A stretch of DNA of 62,396 bases, filler included, from Collodictyon triciliatum (Eukaryota): assembly GCA_043381765.1 (NCBI GenBank). It is 13 parts of 13 records of this genome, joined end to end, with 100 filler letters (N's around TTAATTAATTAA, not from the genome) between each part and the next. Parts side by side here need not be neighbours in the genome. Positions count along the whole stretch, not along the records: positions 1 to 4,896 come from JBHJMP010005667.1; positions 4,997 to 9,891 come from JBHJMP010005668.1; positions 9,992 to 14,883 come from JBHJMP010005671.1; 10 more parts are not named here. The stretch is one strand, 5' to 3'. The notes beneath the pieces are model-generated. The model saw nothing but the letters and a program-made list of their open reading frames with translations, ran no database searches and was not told the origin of the DNA. Both the position numbers and the translations under genes were made by a program. This document shows positions 1 through 13,509 of this stretch, in pieces (positions within the stretch are counted from its first letter, which is position 1; each line of letters begins with the position of its first letter).

Positions 1-760
1 TTTTCTTCTCCTGCAACAAAGGCGCTACTTCATGAGCCACTCAAAATCTGCTGGAATCCTGTCCCCTGAAGACCCACAAGTCCAGTTCAACCCCGATGAT
101 ATCATCGAATCAGAGAGAATCGATAGGATCGATATCAAATAAAAGAGCTGAGCCGTACCACCCTCGGAGATGAATAAAGTCTCAGTAGAGTTAACAGAAA
201 AAGGAAAGAAAAAGAAGAAGCATTCCTCCGCACATACCTGCCATATCTACACCGTGATTCTTTTGTCTCTTTACGATTTGTTGAGCGAACCAGCAAGCCC
301 ACTTCCCATACGCCACATGTTGGTGTGACGACTCCCATGCGGGGCGTGCGAGACTCTCTCCTTGTGGCTGTTGGACTCTGTCCATTTCCCAGCCGAATGA
401 ATGAATGAATGAATGAATGGAAGAATGATTGGATGAATCTCGCCCAATTTGTCCGGCCACATTCGATCGCAAGGAAATCACAAACGGGACACAAGAAGAG
501 AGATGGAGCATTGAGAGAATTGGAAGGAGCGGAGCGTTTACTTGCTGGGTGGAGAATATCCAGAGGGCGAGAAAGGAACAAGTTCTGTGCAATGGTCGAC
601 GAAGGGAAGCTTAATGTGAAAGGGCATGATATGAATGCGTCGGGCTTTTAAGGAATTGTTGAAAGGAAGAAAAAGAAAAGAAGTCGATGGTTTAAGGGAG
701 CGACTTTGGCCTTTTTAACAAAAAGAACAGACTTGTCAGGCGAAGGCAGATCATAGGAGG

Positions 761-1948
761 ATGGGCGACGATCCGGTAGGGAAGGAAACAAGCGTCGACC
801 TCACTGCCCCAGCAAGAGTTGGGCGAGACTTACAACTCTACAAAGATGGAGTGCGGCAAGCTGCTGGGTAAGTTATGCAAACACTCCTAGAGTTATCGAG
901 TCAGCCCATATATAAAAGACAAGAAGCAATCATAAAGCGAGACAAAAAGCAAAAGTAAAAAGATTGGATGCCGTTTTTCATTCAATTCAGAATATTTATT
1001 ATAATTCTTATTATTTTATCTTTATTTTATATCTCTATGACTTTATTCACAAGGAGCATATCATCTTGCGTCATAATCAAGTATTAACTATAAACAAAAA
1101 CAACTGCAAAAAAAAAAAAAGGACTATACCCTTGCAGTATCAGGATGGCTGTTTGATGCTTCTTCTTGTCCAGTCAACCAAAAGGGATGATTGGATCTTG
1201 CCTAAAGGCGGCTGGGAAGTCGATGAGACTCGAGAGGCTGCTGCTGCCAGAGAGACTTATGAGGAGTCTGGGGTATGAATTAACCTTACATTGGAGTTGT
1301 CATCCTTCCTTTTTTTTCTTCTTCTTTTCCTTATTATACAAGATTTAAGCTCACTATGCCACGAACATACGATTTGCAAGGCGATCGGCAGACTTGGTGA
1401 ATACATCGGTGACTTCAATACAAATTACCCCAAGGAACCGTCGATAGATTCGCACTTTTATATTATGAAGGTCAACTCCATTAACTATCTCCTTGCGACC
1501 TCCACCGTTTTGCATAAATTGAAAGGAAGAATAATAAATAAATAAAAACTTTCCTCGCAAATGTATTTTCATTTTTTATTTTATTAATGCATATATTTTC
1601 TATTTGACAACCATAAAATCTCGGTAGGTAACTAAACTATTGGACGAATGGCCAGAAGCCAACATACGATCCAGAAAATGGGTACAGTTTATCCCGATTC
1701 CATAATTTGGATATTTAGGCATGTTTAGTGTCAGATATCCATGTTCAAAATGTGGTAGACAGACTGAAGGTAGTTTTGTTTCGCAGGTTCCCTTTTCTGA
1801 TGCCACTTCCTACTCCCAGCGGCCTTCGATGGGCATTGTAATCAAAGCAGCTCAGAATCTTATCGTAATCCAGCTTCTTTTTTATTCTTTCATTTACTTA
1901 CTTTGCGAAAGAAAAATTGAATACGAAATGAAGCTCTCTATACATTGA
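761..1948 (+). CDS. Diphosphoinositol-polyphosphate (DIPP/Ddp1/Aps1-type) Nudix hydrolase, at least 5 exons, 3' end uncertain
   Basis: Exons 761-867, 1122-1272, 1381-1470, 1628-1681 and 1787-onward join in frame at GT-AG sites: ARVGRDLQLYKDGVRQAAGTIP...WILPKGGWEVDETREAAAARETYEESG (Nudix box)...DEWPEANIRSRKW. Confidence 0.88.
1494..1545 (+). repeat. Copy of a short dispersed repeat (core TGCACAAAATTGAAAGGAAGAATAA)
   Basis: Similar sequence at 33669-33702 (+), 34762-34794 (-), 41043-41100 (+) and 44320-44365 (+). Confidence 0.7.
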
Positions 1949-2174
1949 AAGGTACTTTTTTTTTTTTTAATAAATATCTAAAAACAACATCTTAGGCTGA
2001 AAGACCTGAAATATTGACTTTCTTGTCGCAAGAATAATTCCAGACCAAACATTATAATTATATCAGCCTTAAAGAGAAATAAAAGAAACTATTCGAAACA
2101 CAATGACCAATCACTTCGCTGCGTGGTGTCTGCATCCTCTTGTATCTTTTTTTAATCATATCTTTTTTTATGTT

Positions 2175-2278
2175 TTTTTTTATCTTTTTTATCTTTTTTA
2201 TCTTTTTTATCTTTTTTATCTTTTTTATCTTTTTTATCTTTTTTATCTTTTTTATCTTTTTTATCTTTTTTATCTTTT
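2175..2278. repeat. (TTTTTATCT)n microsatellite
   Basis: Direct reading. Confidence 0.9.
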
Positions 2279-2651
2279 GTACCACAAACTTTAAGCCTGA
2301 GAACAGGCAAGCGCGGAATCAGTTGATGAATACAGATATGGTATGAATAACTAAAATATCGCTATTCGCTGAGGCACTAAAAAAGGGGTTATTATTGAAT
2401 TATTTTTATTATCATCAAAGGGATATTAAAACACACACAAAAAGGAGGGAGAGCGAAAACTGATTAACAACACAAACGACGAAGACGACGGAAGAACTAT
2501 TGCTCAAACCTCAGTGCCGCGACAATAACGAGAAGACAGACAGCTACAGCATATTATTTGGGTGCAAACGCTTGCGACTCGATATTTATACTAACAATAA
2601 TTATTTTATTTTATTTTTAAAAAAGAAATATAGAAGGCTCTTAGTTAAAAC

Positions 2652-4870
2652 ATGGGGGATATTGTGTCGCACTTTGCCTCTGCCTCCAAAGCACAGAAAC
2701 TTGTTGTGGTGTTTCTCCCCTGGAAGTTCTTGGGCAAAGCACTTCGACTCATCAAGTAAGTCGCTGTCCTTGTGCCTTTTTGTCCTTTGCCGCCCTAGTT
2801 ATTATAAGATGCTTTTTGTAAGCGACAAAGGAATAAATAATAAATAATAATAATAAATGTTGTTTTAATGGGCCACTCCCACCAAAAAAAAATTATATTT
2901 TGTTGCTATACAAGTAAGAGAGTGTGGCACAGAAGCTATTGCTGCAATCACAAGTTAAAAAATACCACTGTATCTATTTAGATATTTCATAACTCAGGTA
3001 TCACGGCAAGAAGCTTCCACCAGAAGTATTCACCTACTTGCCATACGGACTTGACAGCATTTTTGTGACATTATTATGTAATTCAAACTCAATTATTCAC
3101 AAATATAATATCTTTCCCTTTTCTTCTCTTTTGAAAAGAAATAAATAAGTAAATAAATAAAAGGACTTGTCTACAGGCACTTTGATTTTCTCGCGTGACT
3201 GACTTTCCTTTCGTACACCTGTTAGACGAGCTGACCAACCCTACGGAAAATTTGAAAGATTGAGGCAGACTTATGGAAACACATACAGATACGATCTCCT
3301 CGGTCGCTCACGAGTCACTGTTTTCGACCCATCTTCCGTGCAACACTTCCTGGCCAAAAACTGGGAAAACTACGAGAAAGGACCCTTTTTTATGTATGAA
3401 TGAAAGCTTATTATTTACAACCTTTTTTTTTTAGTTTAACTTGCCAACGCGTTTAAAATTTATATTATCTCGAAGGGATAGAAGTTCAATATCACGAATA
3501 ATCTGTATTCAATAGTGAGTCCTTTTATTCTCTCCTCGGACGCGGTATCTTCAATGTAAATGGGTATGTGACACATAATTTGCTTTGTACCTTTTATGTA
3601 TATTCTCGTTTTGAGTCATCTTAAGGTGACTAACTTTGCCACAAAAAATATAAAGAGAAGAGCGGAGATTTCATCGCCAAACTGCTCGCCCTCATTTTCA
3701 GAAGGTAACAGTAATTCTAGTAAACGATATTATTACATCATGATTGGCGTATCCATATGTAGATATACACAAAAAAATATTAATTTTACACTAACACTAC
3801 CATACATAGGTTGAGTTGGGAACTATGGTCCCTACATTCATTAAACATGCAAACTACCTGCTACACTATTTGGAATCGTCTTCATCTGATGGAGACGTGA
3901 TTGACGTTCAGGACATTTTTTTCAGGTTACAATTGTAAACACTGCAATCATAAGCATCTCTCTGATATTGAATTATGCATGTTAAGAATAACTCATTATC
4001 ACTCTTTTCTACCATATTTATAAATTTGCGCGTTCACTCTCTATAAACTAGATTCACCATGGATAGCGTTGGTGACGTTCTGTTTGGACACAACATTGTT
4101 TCCCTCAATACACCCAACGCATTTGCAAGGGCTTTTGATACAGCGCAGAAGCTGAGTATTACAAGAACATTGATACATCCTCTTTGGAAATATCTTTCAT
4201 CCCCAAAATTTGATGAAAATATTGCGATTATTCAAAATTTCGTAGAAAAGGTCATCCCTGATATTTTTATGATTGGTTTTAGTATCTCTAAAATTAAATT
4301 TCGTCTCAATTCATATGTTTTGTGAATGTAAAAATAAACCTTTTCCCCCAGGTTGCAGACCAAAGTATCGCCGACCCAAGGCTCAGCGAAAGACAAGATT
4401 TGCTCGCAGAATATGTCAAATCAGGGCCAACACCTACAAGGTTAGTGTCTTTCCTAAAAGAAAAATGGATTTCATTATCATCACAGCCTCTTTGAATAAT
4501 ATAATTTCTCGAGTTTTTTTTTTAAAAAAATGAATACCATAGGCTAGAGACTTTAAGTCTGTGACATTTGCATAGGGATTATTTGAAAGACATGTTGAGC
4601 AACATGCTTATTGCTGGGCGCGATACAACTGCTGTTCTGCTTACTTGGTTCTTCTACGAGTTGTCCTTCCACCCGAACGTCGAAGCTCGCGTGGTTGCTG
4701 AAATAGACTAAGTTATCGGTATGACAATATGAAGCTCGCCCTCATCATGTCAAACTCCCTGCATCAATATCTATATTCTCTCGGGCGTAATCATCATCTT
4801 GCATTTCAGGTGATGAGCTTCCGTCTGCTGACAAGCTCGATAGCCTCCGTTACCTCAAGAATGTCTGTCC
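2652..4870 (+). pseudogene. Cytochrome P450 (CYP52/CYP86/CYP704-like); multi-exon, in-frame TAA at 4709-4711, truncated by contig end
   Basis: Spliced translation gives DPSSVQHFLAKNWENYEKG, LLGRGIFNVNG, DVQDIFFRFTMDS, I-helix IAGRDTTAVLLTW, EID*VIG and LRYLKN. The WxxxR motif reads RRFHR. Confidence 0.8.
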
Positions 4871-4896
4871 CAACCGCCCTTTTAATCACTGCTCCC

Positions 4897-4996
4897 NNNN
4901 NNNNNNNNNNNNNNNNNNNNNNNNNNNNNNNNNNNNNNNNTTAATTAATTAANNNNNNNNNNNNNNNNNNNNNNNNNNNNNNNNNNNNNNNNNNNN
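4897..4996. other. Artificial contig linker N44-TTAATTAATTAA-N44; also at 9892, 14884, 19873, 24861, 29849, 34837, 39820, 44805, 49784, 54785 and 59768
   Basis: The same 100-nt spacer, with stops in all six frames, recurs about every 5 kb. Confidence 0.98.
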
Positions 4997-7900
4997 GGCG
5001 GATCGACTCGATTGGAAATGGGAATCTTCAGGTGCATCCGAAGTATGGATGGGAGATGTGTATGACATTTGATGTCTCCACACGAACGATTCGGGTACGC
5101 AGCGGTTGCTATATCTGTATTAGTCCATATTGTACAAACGAGTTATGAATAAGCTCATTTGAAATTACGATTGTAATTTATTTGAAGGTTGACGCAGTCA
5201 CTGGGACATTCTATTTTACGGGTATGTCTATTCAAAAATCGTGGATAGTCGGTAGCATTCCTCTCAGTGGACTCGGTATGTCTCATGTATCGCCTGATTG
5301 GAGTTACACGATAATATCTGGTGTCAGGAAAGGTAAGCTTCATGAAATTTTATGTGGCCTTCTTTTAAAAACAACTGAATACTCGATTATTGATGATTCT
5401 ACGTCGACCATTAGAATACATGACTTTCATGGAATTTAAATCAAGTGCCTCTAATGAAGAACTGGGCGGAGGAGATGATAGCGATTATGACCCAAATGTT
5501 GTTGATTTCTTCGTTCCGCAAGGTTTTTCAATCTCTATTCTTGTGGTTTGCTATTTGCTGTAACATTTTCAGCATCCAAGGTCTCCAGAAAGTAGACTTA
5601 CCAAAAGAAATAAAATAAAAAAAAAAACATCAGGAGCTGACCAGACTACTATTTTGGACTCATGGGACAAAGCGGCTCAGATGATTGCATTTGCCCCTGC
5701 TGTTGGCTCAAAAGTGCACTATCTGACATCAGATTACATATTCAAGGTTTTTTTTTTTTTTTGCTCAACATTATAAAGATAAAATCGTACTTAACGTCGC
5801 GATATTTCTGAACTTACTCTATTTGAACCAGGATTCTAGTAACGACGAATATGGTTCTTATCCTTTGTCGGATGTGTTCTACCCTAAAAAAGGTTTTTTT
5901 TTCCTGCGTTACATTCGTATCATTTTTCCATGATTGTATATGTACTGAATCTGTTGTTGAAATGATATGAAACACTTTTTTAGGCCTGTTTGACCTGCAA
6001 TACATATCGGTCCAGCATGACGATGAGTTTGTGTACCTTAGTGCCAATGTTATCAATATGGCAACAAAGGTGGAGACCGAGAATGGGATGGGCTTACTGG
6101 GCATTCAAATTTATGTCGACACTGACCGAGTATGGTCGAGTGGGTGCACCCAGGCGTATTTGAATCCTGGACTCCAAATGAGTCCTTTCTATGCCTGGGA
6201 GTTTGCAGCTCATGTCACCGCAATTGACTCGGCACTACTACTGTCCGGTGGACAAGATACTTACAATGTTACTACCGAAGTTGATGCGCACGCAGAAGGG
6301 AATGCCGTTGTGATTAAGATTCCGATATCTATTGTTGGCACTCCAAACTCCAACTGGAACTACGTTGTTGTCAGTGGCTCCGTCGTCAACAACAAAGGAA
6401 AGGTAATCACTCCTTCACATACTATAATGACTCGTAATTTCATATTTGGATGTGGTTCACTACAAATCTCAACTCATGCCATCGGCTGGTATCCTTAATA
6501 TGCTTCTATGTCCTTCAGTCAGCATTCAGCTTGAGAAACTCCGACCCGAGTGCATTCGAGTTCGGCGGAGGAGACGCCTGCGACTACGACCCCAACATTT
6601 CAGACATCATACTGCCGCCTTCAGTAGACCAGGAGAAGATGTTCAAGTCCTTCAGCATGATGAGGTCATCCATCCAAACAATCATGTGCCATAGATTCGT
6701 CAAGAAAACTTTACAACCTAAAGGGTAGCTTCCGTGACTCTATTGATTTCAAAATCTAGGAGGCGATATCCTGAAGTCAGTCCCGTTGGCGCATTGATAA
6801 ACTATGGGTACTCAACGTGGGGACAAAAGGACTCGCAGAGCGATGAGCGAGGAGTGTATCCCACAAACTTTCCTAAGGCATGCTACACCGATACAAGACA
6901 ACTTGAAGATACAAATACTTCTTTTCCTTTTTTTTCGGATATGAGCTTCCGTATTGGAATCATCAATATCGAAACGATTCATGGCTGTCTTGCATTTCCT
7001 TTGTTTTGTTGACGGCTTTCTCTTTCTCTTTTTCTTTATTTTTTTCCCATAGACCCGCGGACTTTTCGATATGGTGTATTTCCAGGTGGGGTCTTTCCAG
7101 ACAAAGCTCTGGGTACGCATCAGCATGAGCAACATGGTCACATCGAACCCGTCCCAAAGCGCATTCGACCACACCCTGATTAGTGTCTACATCAACACCA
7201 AGGCGGGAGCTGCGGGCTCGCAAGAAGTAAACACATCAGCACTAAAGAGCGATACAAAGCGGCTGTGATATATCCATGTTTTGGTTTGATTATGACTTGT
7301 AGGGACTTGTGCAAAGGCGGTGATTAAAACGAGTTTATTTTTGACAAGGTTATGGGTAACGGACAGTTCAAGCTGGAGGCAGGATACAAATGGCAATATG
7401 CGATGCTCATCAATGGCGAAGGAGTCAGTGTATATGAGTACGACCCCAAGAAGAGAAGCAGCTACAAGGTACCAAACAAACAGGCCGTGAATATGCATAT
7501 ATTTTATTCTCCATACCTTTGTATTTGCTTTTTTTGGTCATGGCTATAATGATTTTTTGTTTTATTCTATTACTTGGCGCACACACACAGACGCTATCGG
7601 TCGACTCTCATGTACGGCGGGACGGAAAGACGATTGTTGCAGAAGTCGACTGGGCGATGCTTCCAGAGCTGGATGTGTATTGGAGCTATGTGGTAGTAGC
7701 TGGTGAGTAAACATAAGAGCACATGCATATGTATGTGTGTATGCAGAGTCAAAGTGTATTGGATATGAATTCCGCGATGACGATATGTGTGAATAGGGGG
7801 GCACCAAAGCAGCAACAAGCTTGTGTATTGCAGTGTCAACAAGAATGCCGGGAACGATATGTTCGGAGGCGGAGCGGACGGGGATTTCGACAGCAACGTC

Positions 7901-9755
7901 GTGGACATACTCACACGACCAGGAACGTCACAGAATGAGGCAAGTCGAAAGGATTTGATATATGTAGCTGTGAACAAGCCTATGGCTTACTCCAAACGAT
8001 TATGTCGGTCTTTGATGCGTTTTTAGTATTTTATAGAATAGCTGATGATATGTGTACATGTAGGTACTTGGAGATTTCTCAGAATCGGAAAAGAAGAGCG
8101 TAGTAATTGGAAAGGTCGGAGGCAGTGTGTACGAAAAAATCTATGATGCGGTGGACATGATTGGAGACGAGTTTGGAAGCTACCCGAACGCACCGATATT
8201 TAAGGGAACGAAAACGAAGGGATGGATGGACCTCAGCGGGTTCTCGATTCAACGGAACGCCACACACGCCGAAATCGATGTTTCGTTCGCAAAAGCTCTT
8301 GAAAATCCTTTAAAATTTCGATATGGATTTAGCTTTCCTATTGTCACTGTTTATACACATCAATCTTCTAGTGTGAGTATTTTTAATGCCTTTATTATCT
8401 GATGAATGCCATTTTTAAAATTCCTTTTGGTCGTATGGCTAGTTCTGAAACCACTTATTATATTCAACTGATTTGATTTCAAAGAAAACGCTCACCTTAT
8501 TCTAACTGGCATCGAAAAATAGAAATCTTTATCGCGACCCGTTGATTTATCTGGAGTGATGCTAGAATCTCCCTGGGTTACTAATATCAGGGCATCGGGA
8601 AATAATCTGCGAGTTCAGTATTCTGACCCTCGCCCGATTATGTCTCTGTCAGCGTTAAATGCGAGCCAAATAGCCCAAGTTTCCAAGATAAATGATACAT
8701 CTATTCGCGTAAGTGCTCATACGCTGTATACTTTGTTAAAACATTTGCTTCTGAATAAATCTCACATTTTCTTTAAAAAAAATTAGTAAAATTAAATTAT
8801 TTTGTTATCTTTTTGGCCTCGCCAGGTCTCCATCATGATTGAAGGGTTTGGTGACCCGGACGAACAGTGGAGCTACACAGTGATGTCCGGGCTGTACAAC
8901 TTAGAGAACGACGACTTTGTCTTACGAAATGCGCAATCTTCATACGTGAGCCACTATATATCTGGTTTAACATGATTACAATTCTGCTAATTAAAAATCC
9001 ATACCTTTTCTAATGCAAGCGATTCCTTGGTGGTGGTGAGGATGAAGACTTCGACCCAAATGTTGTGGATATCCTTTTCCCCGACAATACCCGAGTACTT
9101 GAACTCAAGGTTTGTTTCTTAGTAAAATTTCTTTTGTCCTTATTGCCATTATGTTTTCGCATGAAATAGAGGCAATAAAAGAATTTTTTTTTTTTTAGAA
9201 ATCAGGAGTAGATATTCAATCTTTGGTACTGAAGAGCTTCGACACAATCATGGAGAAGCGAGCTCTTGTTCCTTCTGTTGGAAGTCAACGCAGCTTCGAC
9301 TTTTCTCAGTATCCGCAAGAATGTACGGCCATCGAAATCAACACAGAGTTTTTTTTTTATTGCAATCTTACTATGTAGTATAGTCTGTTTAAATCATTGT
9401 CAATCACTAAATTGGTCATCTCGATTTTTACTCGTCCACCAGATACGAAGAAATGTGAGTCTAGCATTCATGTTACATTTCTAGTAAATTAAATTTCTCC
9501 TTTTTATATTTTATTACTATTAGTTATTTACCTCAATTCTTCTTGAATATAGCATCAAGCAAGGATAACGGAGCTCTTATTGGTGGCGTGGTTGGCGGCG
9601 TGGTTGGCTTCATTTTTGTTGTCGCCCTATTCATCGGACTCCGATATCGAAAGAAGCTTCAGGTAATGGAGAAAAAAGAAAAGCAATTGTTTGTTCATGT
9701 GGAATACGGAGACCTCGACTTCGGAAAACATCTCGGCTCGGGTAGTTTTGGTGAT
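4997..9755 (+). CDS. Receptor-like TKL kinase fragment: at least 4 tandem glucodextranase-C/DOMON-like ectodomain repeats, single TM helix, start of kinase domain
   Basis: Repeat motifs DxxxDExGxYP (~5832, ~6830, ~8155) and GGGxxxDYDPNVVD (~5465, ~6564, ~7865, ~9029). TM segment GALIGGVVGGVVGFIFVVALFIGL followed by RYRKK, then kinase subdomain I LDFGKHLGSGSFGD. Both ends are cut by contig limits. Confidence 0.72.
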
Positions 9756-9792
9756 GTGAGTTTTTTTATATATTTATTTTATTTATTTATAT

Positions 9793-9891
9793 ATACATAC
9801 ATACATACATACATACATACATACATACATACATACATACATACATACATACATACATACATACATACATACATACATACATACATACATA
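9793..9891. repeat. (ATAC)n microsatellite; another copy at 17493-17610
   Basis: Direct reading. Confidence 0.95.
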
Positions 9892-9991
9892 NNNNNNNNN
9901 NNNNNNNNNNNNNNNNNNNNNNNNNNNNNNNNNNNTTAATTAATTAANNNNNNNNNNNNNNNNNNNNNNNNNNNNNNNNNNNNNNNNNNNN

Positions 9992-10800
9992 GATGGTGGA
10001 CAGATATGCTTACCCATCCGAAAGGATTCTGGCAGCGTGGAATGTGGCATCTCATCCATCGCATATGCCCGAACTTCAAGGCACAGCTCTGTGAGAGCAG
10101 AATCCCATCACCACCACCAAACACGCCCGAGCCGCTACTAGCGCGGTGGAAGGTTCTGTATGAAAACTGTGAAATGTGCGAGTCTACCCAACTACATGCG
10201 GGTACAGGCCAACTTTGCTGGGATAGAGCAAAAGGCTTCTGTATCATCAAGTCGAGAGAAGGAAACAGCTCCTTCATCCTGCAACAAGTCACATTCCAAA
10301 AGGATGGGAGCTTCGCACCGTCGAAAAATGCATCGATATTCCACTCCACGAATGCAACCCCAACCACAGCCGTCCTGAACAACAAAGGAGAATGGCGCTC
10401 ACGACGTCCCAATCTCATATGGAGCGCCGTCGCCATTTTTCTTTCTCCTGAAAAACCAAAACAGTCCATTACGCCTGACTCTCCGCGATTCTCGATGGCC
10501 ATGGCATATTCCAAGCTGTTTCGATACAAAATCATCAGTCCTAATCCCTACAAGCTGGAAAATGAGTCGTTGGGCCGAAACTATGCGCATTACAGACAAA
10601 TACTTGAAAAAGAAGAAAGCCAGCATTATTCGATAGTTTGACTGCAGGAACATAGAGATGTGAAAACACGACGTGCGATACCTCCCACAATATAATCAAC
10701 CCTGCAACTCATGCAATCAATCAACCAGTTGGGCCACCCACCTAGCCATCACGTCCACTAAGTTTTTCCAGTGCTAGACTCTTCTCAGTAACATCTTCTC
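9992..10800 (+). mobile_element. Degenerate non-LTR (L1/Tx1-like) ORF2 C-terminal fragment
   Basis: Intronless ORF open from the contig start. Past its TGA it continues as V*LQEHRDVKTRR and, frameshifted, PCNSCNQSTSWATHLA, a zf-RVT-like W..H..T..CxxC..H pattern. Confidence 0.5.
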
Positions 10801-11567
10801 CTAATCGCGTTAGCTCTGTGCCATGTGCACCATCTCATCCCTTTTTATGGCATTAATCTCTTTCCCTTAATTCTAACAAGGAGTAAAAATATGCTAAAGC
10901 CTCGCAAATCACAACAAAATGGACCAAGTTGCACATAATAATTCAAATACATAGAGCTTTTATTGTAAATTACAAAAAAACTAATTGTGATTTACAACCA
11001 GAAATATATGTCATGGGCTTCAATACCATGTGAGTTTCATATTACAAGTTACAAAAGATAGTACTTCACTTTGCATTTCAATTTCTAATAAAATATATTA
11101 ATATAACAAATGAATGAATTTACAACAGAACGATATTATTTGCTTTATTATTCCATTGGATTTTGATGCTTAAATAACTAAAACTTGATTAAGTTTAATT
11201 TTAATAGGTAATTTATATGAATTCTCTATGTTTCGTAAACATAATATAGAATTTCAGAACCCTAATTTCTGCAAATAATAATCATCCTAACAATATTGAC
11301 ATTCTCCAAAAAAAGAATATTTATTGGCTGATTTTTATCCTTTACATTTAAAAGCATCGAGCTAGAAATTTCAATTATCTCTTTATCTCAAATCGATGAG
11401 CTGTTACATGATTTCAAAATTGTTAAGATTAAAAAATTCATCTGCATTTCTGATTCAATCGTGGTTTATGATGTAATTTATGCTTTGGTTTATTAACTTT
11501 TGTAGCAAAAGCTAATTGGAGATTATGTTTCCTGGACGAAAAGATATTATGAAAGCATAAAATTCAT

Positions 11568-13170
11568 TCAAGAGAAGACGTTTATCCACCACATAGTATA
11601 GAGAAAACAAAGGCTCGAAAAAAAGAATAGTATAATTCTATTCATAGGTCTCCAAATTTTAAACCCACCCTCACTTATATGACCCTTGTGTATTTCAATC
11701 GAAAGTGTTGTGATGTCTGACAAAATCTCAAATATTAGTTGTATTATAATTTGATAGAAGCATTCAGAAAACGATTCAATTACTTGAAATTTTGATTCTT
11801 TCGCCAAAGGTTGCATAAAATACATGAGCAAGGGTGCAAATATGATTGAATAGAACTCCGATATGATACCGTCATAGATGTATTTTGCCTTGAATAAAAT
11901 TGATTTCCTCACAAAATTTGCTTCTTTTTCTGATATACTTAATTGATTATCATGCTCTCTTACATGCAAGCCTTGAGAATACTGAGCCTCATCTCCAGAG
12001 ACGATGGGAGCAAGCTTTCTCGATTTCAATCGATATGATAATTTTGACTGAATACTAGATGCCAAATTTTGTATCCGAAACACACATTTCATCCTTTGTT
12101 CGAAAAATACAGTCGAAAGTATCTCAATCACAGCTGCTGCAAAGTTGACCATGATGAATTCAATAGAAAGAGCACCGTCCGTGGATATGTTTGAAATCAA
12201 TGTCCTTCCAACTAACTGAATGTAGTGATTACAAATCTTGTTCATAATCAACCTTTTATTCATGTGCTCTTTCGATAAGCCGTATATCAGCCTCAGCTGA
12301 ATCCAGTGTGATAAAATAAAGCAAACAGGGAAAACAACAAAACGGAAAACAAGCTGCATGGTAAATGAAGAATTTATATAAATATCCAATATGTTGGAAA
12401 TAAAGAATCCAACAAGAACGTAAAATGCAGTCAATCCTTTCAGTAAAGCAGATACCGAGCCGTCTTTTGTTGCAGTGTAATATCGCTCCTCCTCATTGCT
12501 TATTCTCTCAGGTTTTTTTGATTTAGGCACCATGAATAGGCCGATAGCAATCCAAATGAATTGATTAATGACAAGTTTGTTTATTAACACCGTATTATTT
12601 GATGGCAACAAGAAGCTAACGATATTGTCCAAAATACATCCTGGTAAGAGTGCATATAATATTGCATTTTTTGAGAACTGGAAGCTGAAAATCTCAACAG
12701 ATGCAAAGGCCGATGGATGACCAAGATGCAAACGCGCTCAAAAGAACTCTTCCATTTATGTAGATAATATCCTTGACCGTCCCAAGCAAAGTTGGAGACA
12801 GAAAAATGGCGGGTATGAAGTAAATCCAAAGAGAAAATAGATTTGCTGAGAAGACGGGCAATATCTCATATACGGCCTTAAACTATAACATGAATGCCAG
12901 CCTCACGGAACTAATGCACGATGTTTTGATTACAGCTCCTTCATTTCCCTCCTGCTCACTCTTTCTGTATGCATTTATTGTTCCCGGTTGATTATTCTGT
13001 GCATTACTTCCAACTGTCCCGTCTGCATTCTGAAAGCTCGTTGTATTTTTACAGCTTTCTGGACGTGTGACTATTTTTCCTGTCTGTTCATCTCTCTTGT
13101 GCGGCTCTGGTTGCCTTTGTGTTTTGATCTGGTCTGGTGCTTCCTCTTCGATGTCCTCAAATCCCATGCC
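11568..13170 (-). pseudogene. Intronless multi-pass membrane protein of unknown family; 5' part broken by a TAG and frameshifts
   Basis: 387-aa ORF with several hydrophobic segments. Upstream frames (MGFEDIEEE..., FLWIYFIPAIFLSPTLLG...) look like its N-terminus but need a TAG at 12883-12885 and frame changes to join. Confidence 0.45.
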
Positions 13171-13509
13171 TTTGTTTTTTGCGTTTGTTAACACATAGGT
13201 ATTTTATGATAAGTGATTCTACTTTGTTCTTTACTTTGTTCTTTACTTTGTTTTTTCTTTTTCATTTTTAAGGTTTCTGTTTCCTGTCATTACAAGGTTT
13301 CTGGCATTTGTTCAGATCAAAAAACTTGACGAACAAAAATAGTATGTTCAAACCAGATTATAAACACAAGAATGATGATGAATGGATTCACTGATGTAAT
13401 TTGATGCATCAAAACATGTGTCATCTGCACTTAATTCCTTGTTCTGAATGCATAAACACCAGACAAATCTTAATCTCGCTCACTCAGCCACAATGGGCAA
13501 ACCATACAC

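Noticed and set aside
1-243. Possible minus-strand gene start (ATGGCAG|GTATGT)
   Set aside because: The spliced frame hits TGA after about 25 codons and no family can be supported.
4941-4952. Recurrent TTAATTAATTAA palindrome about every 5 kb
   Set aside because: It is always embedded in N44 spacers, so it is an artificial contig joiner.
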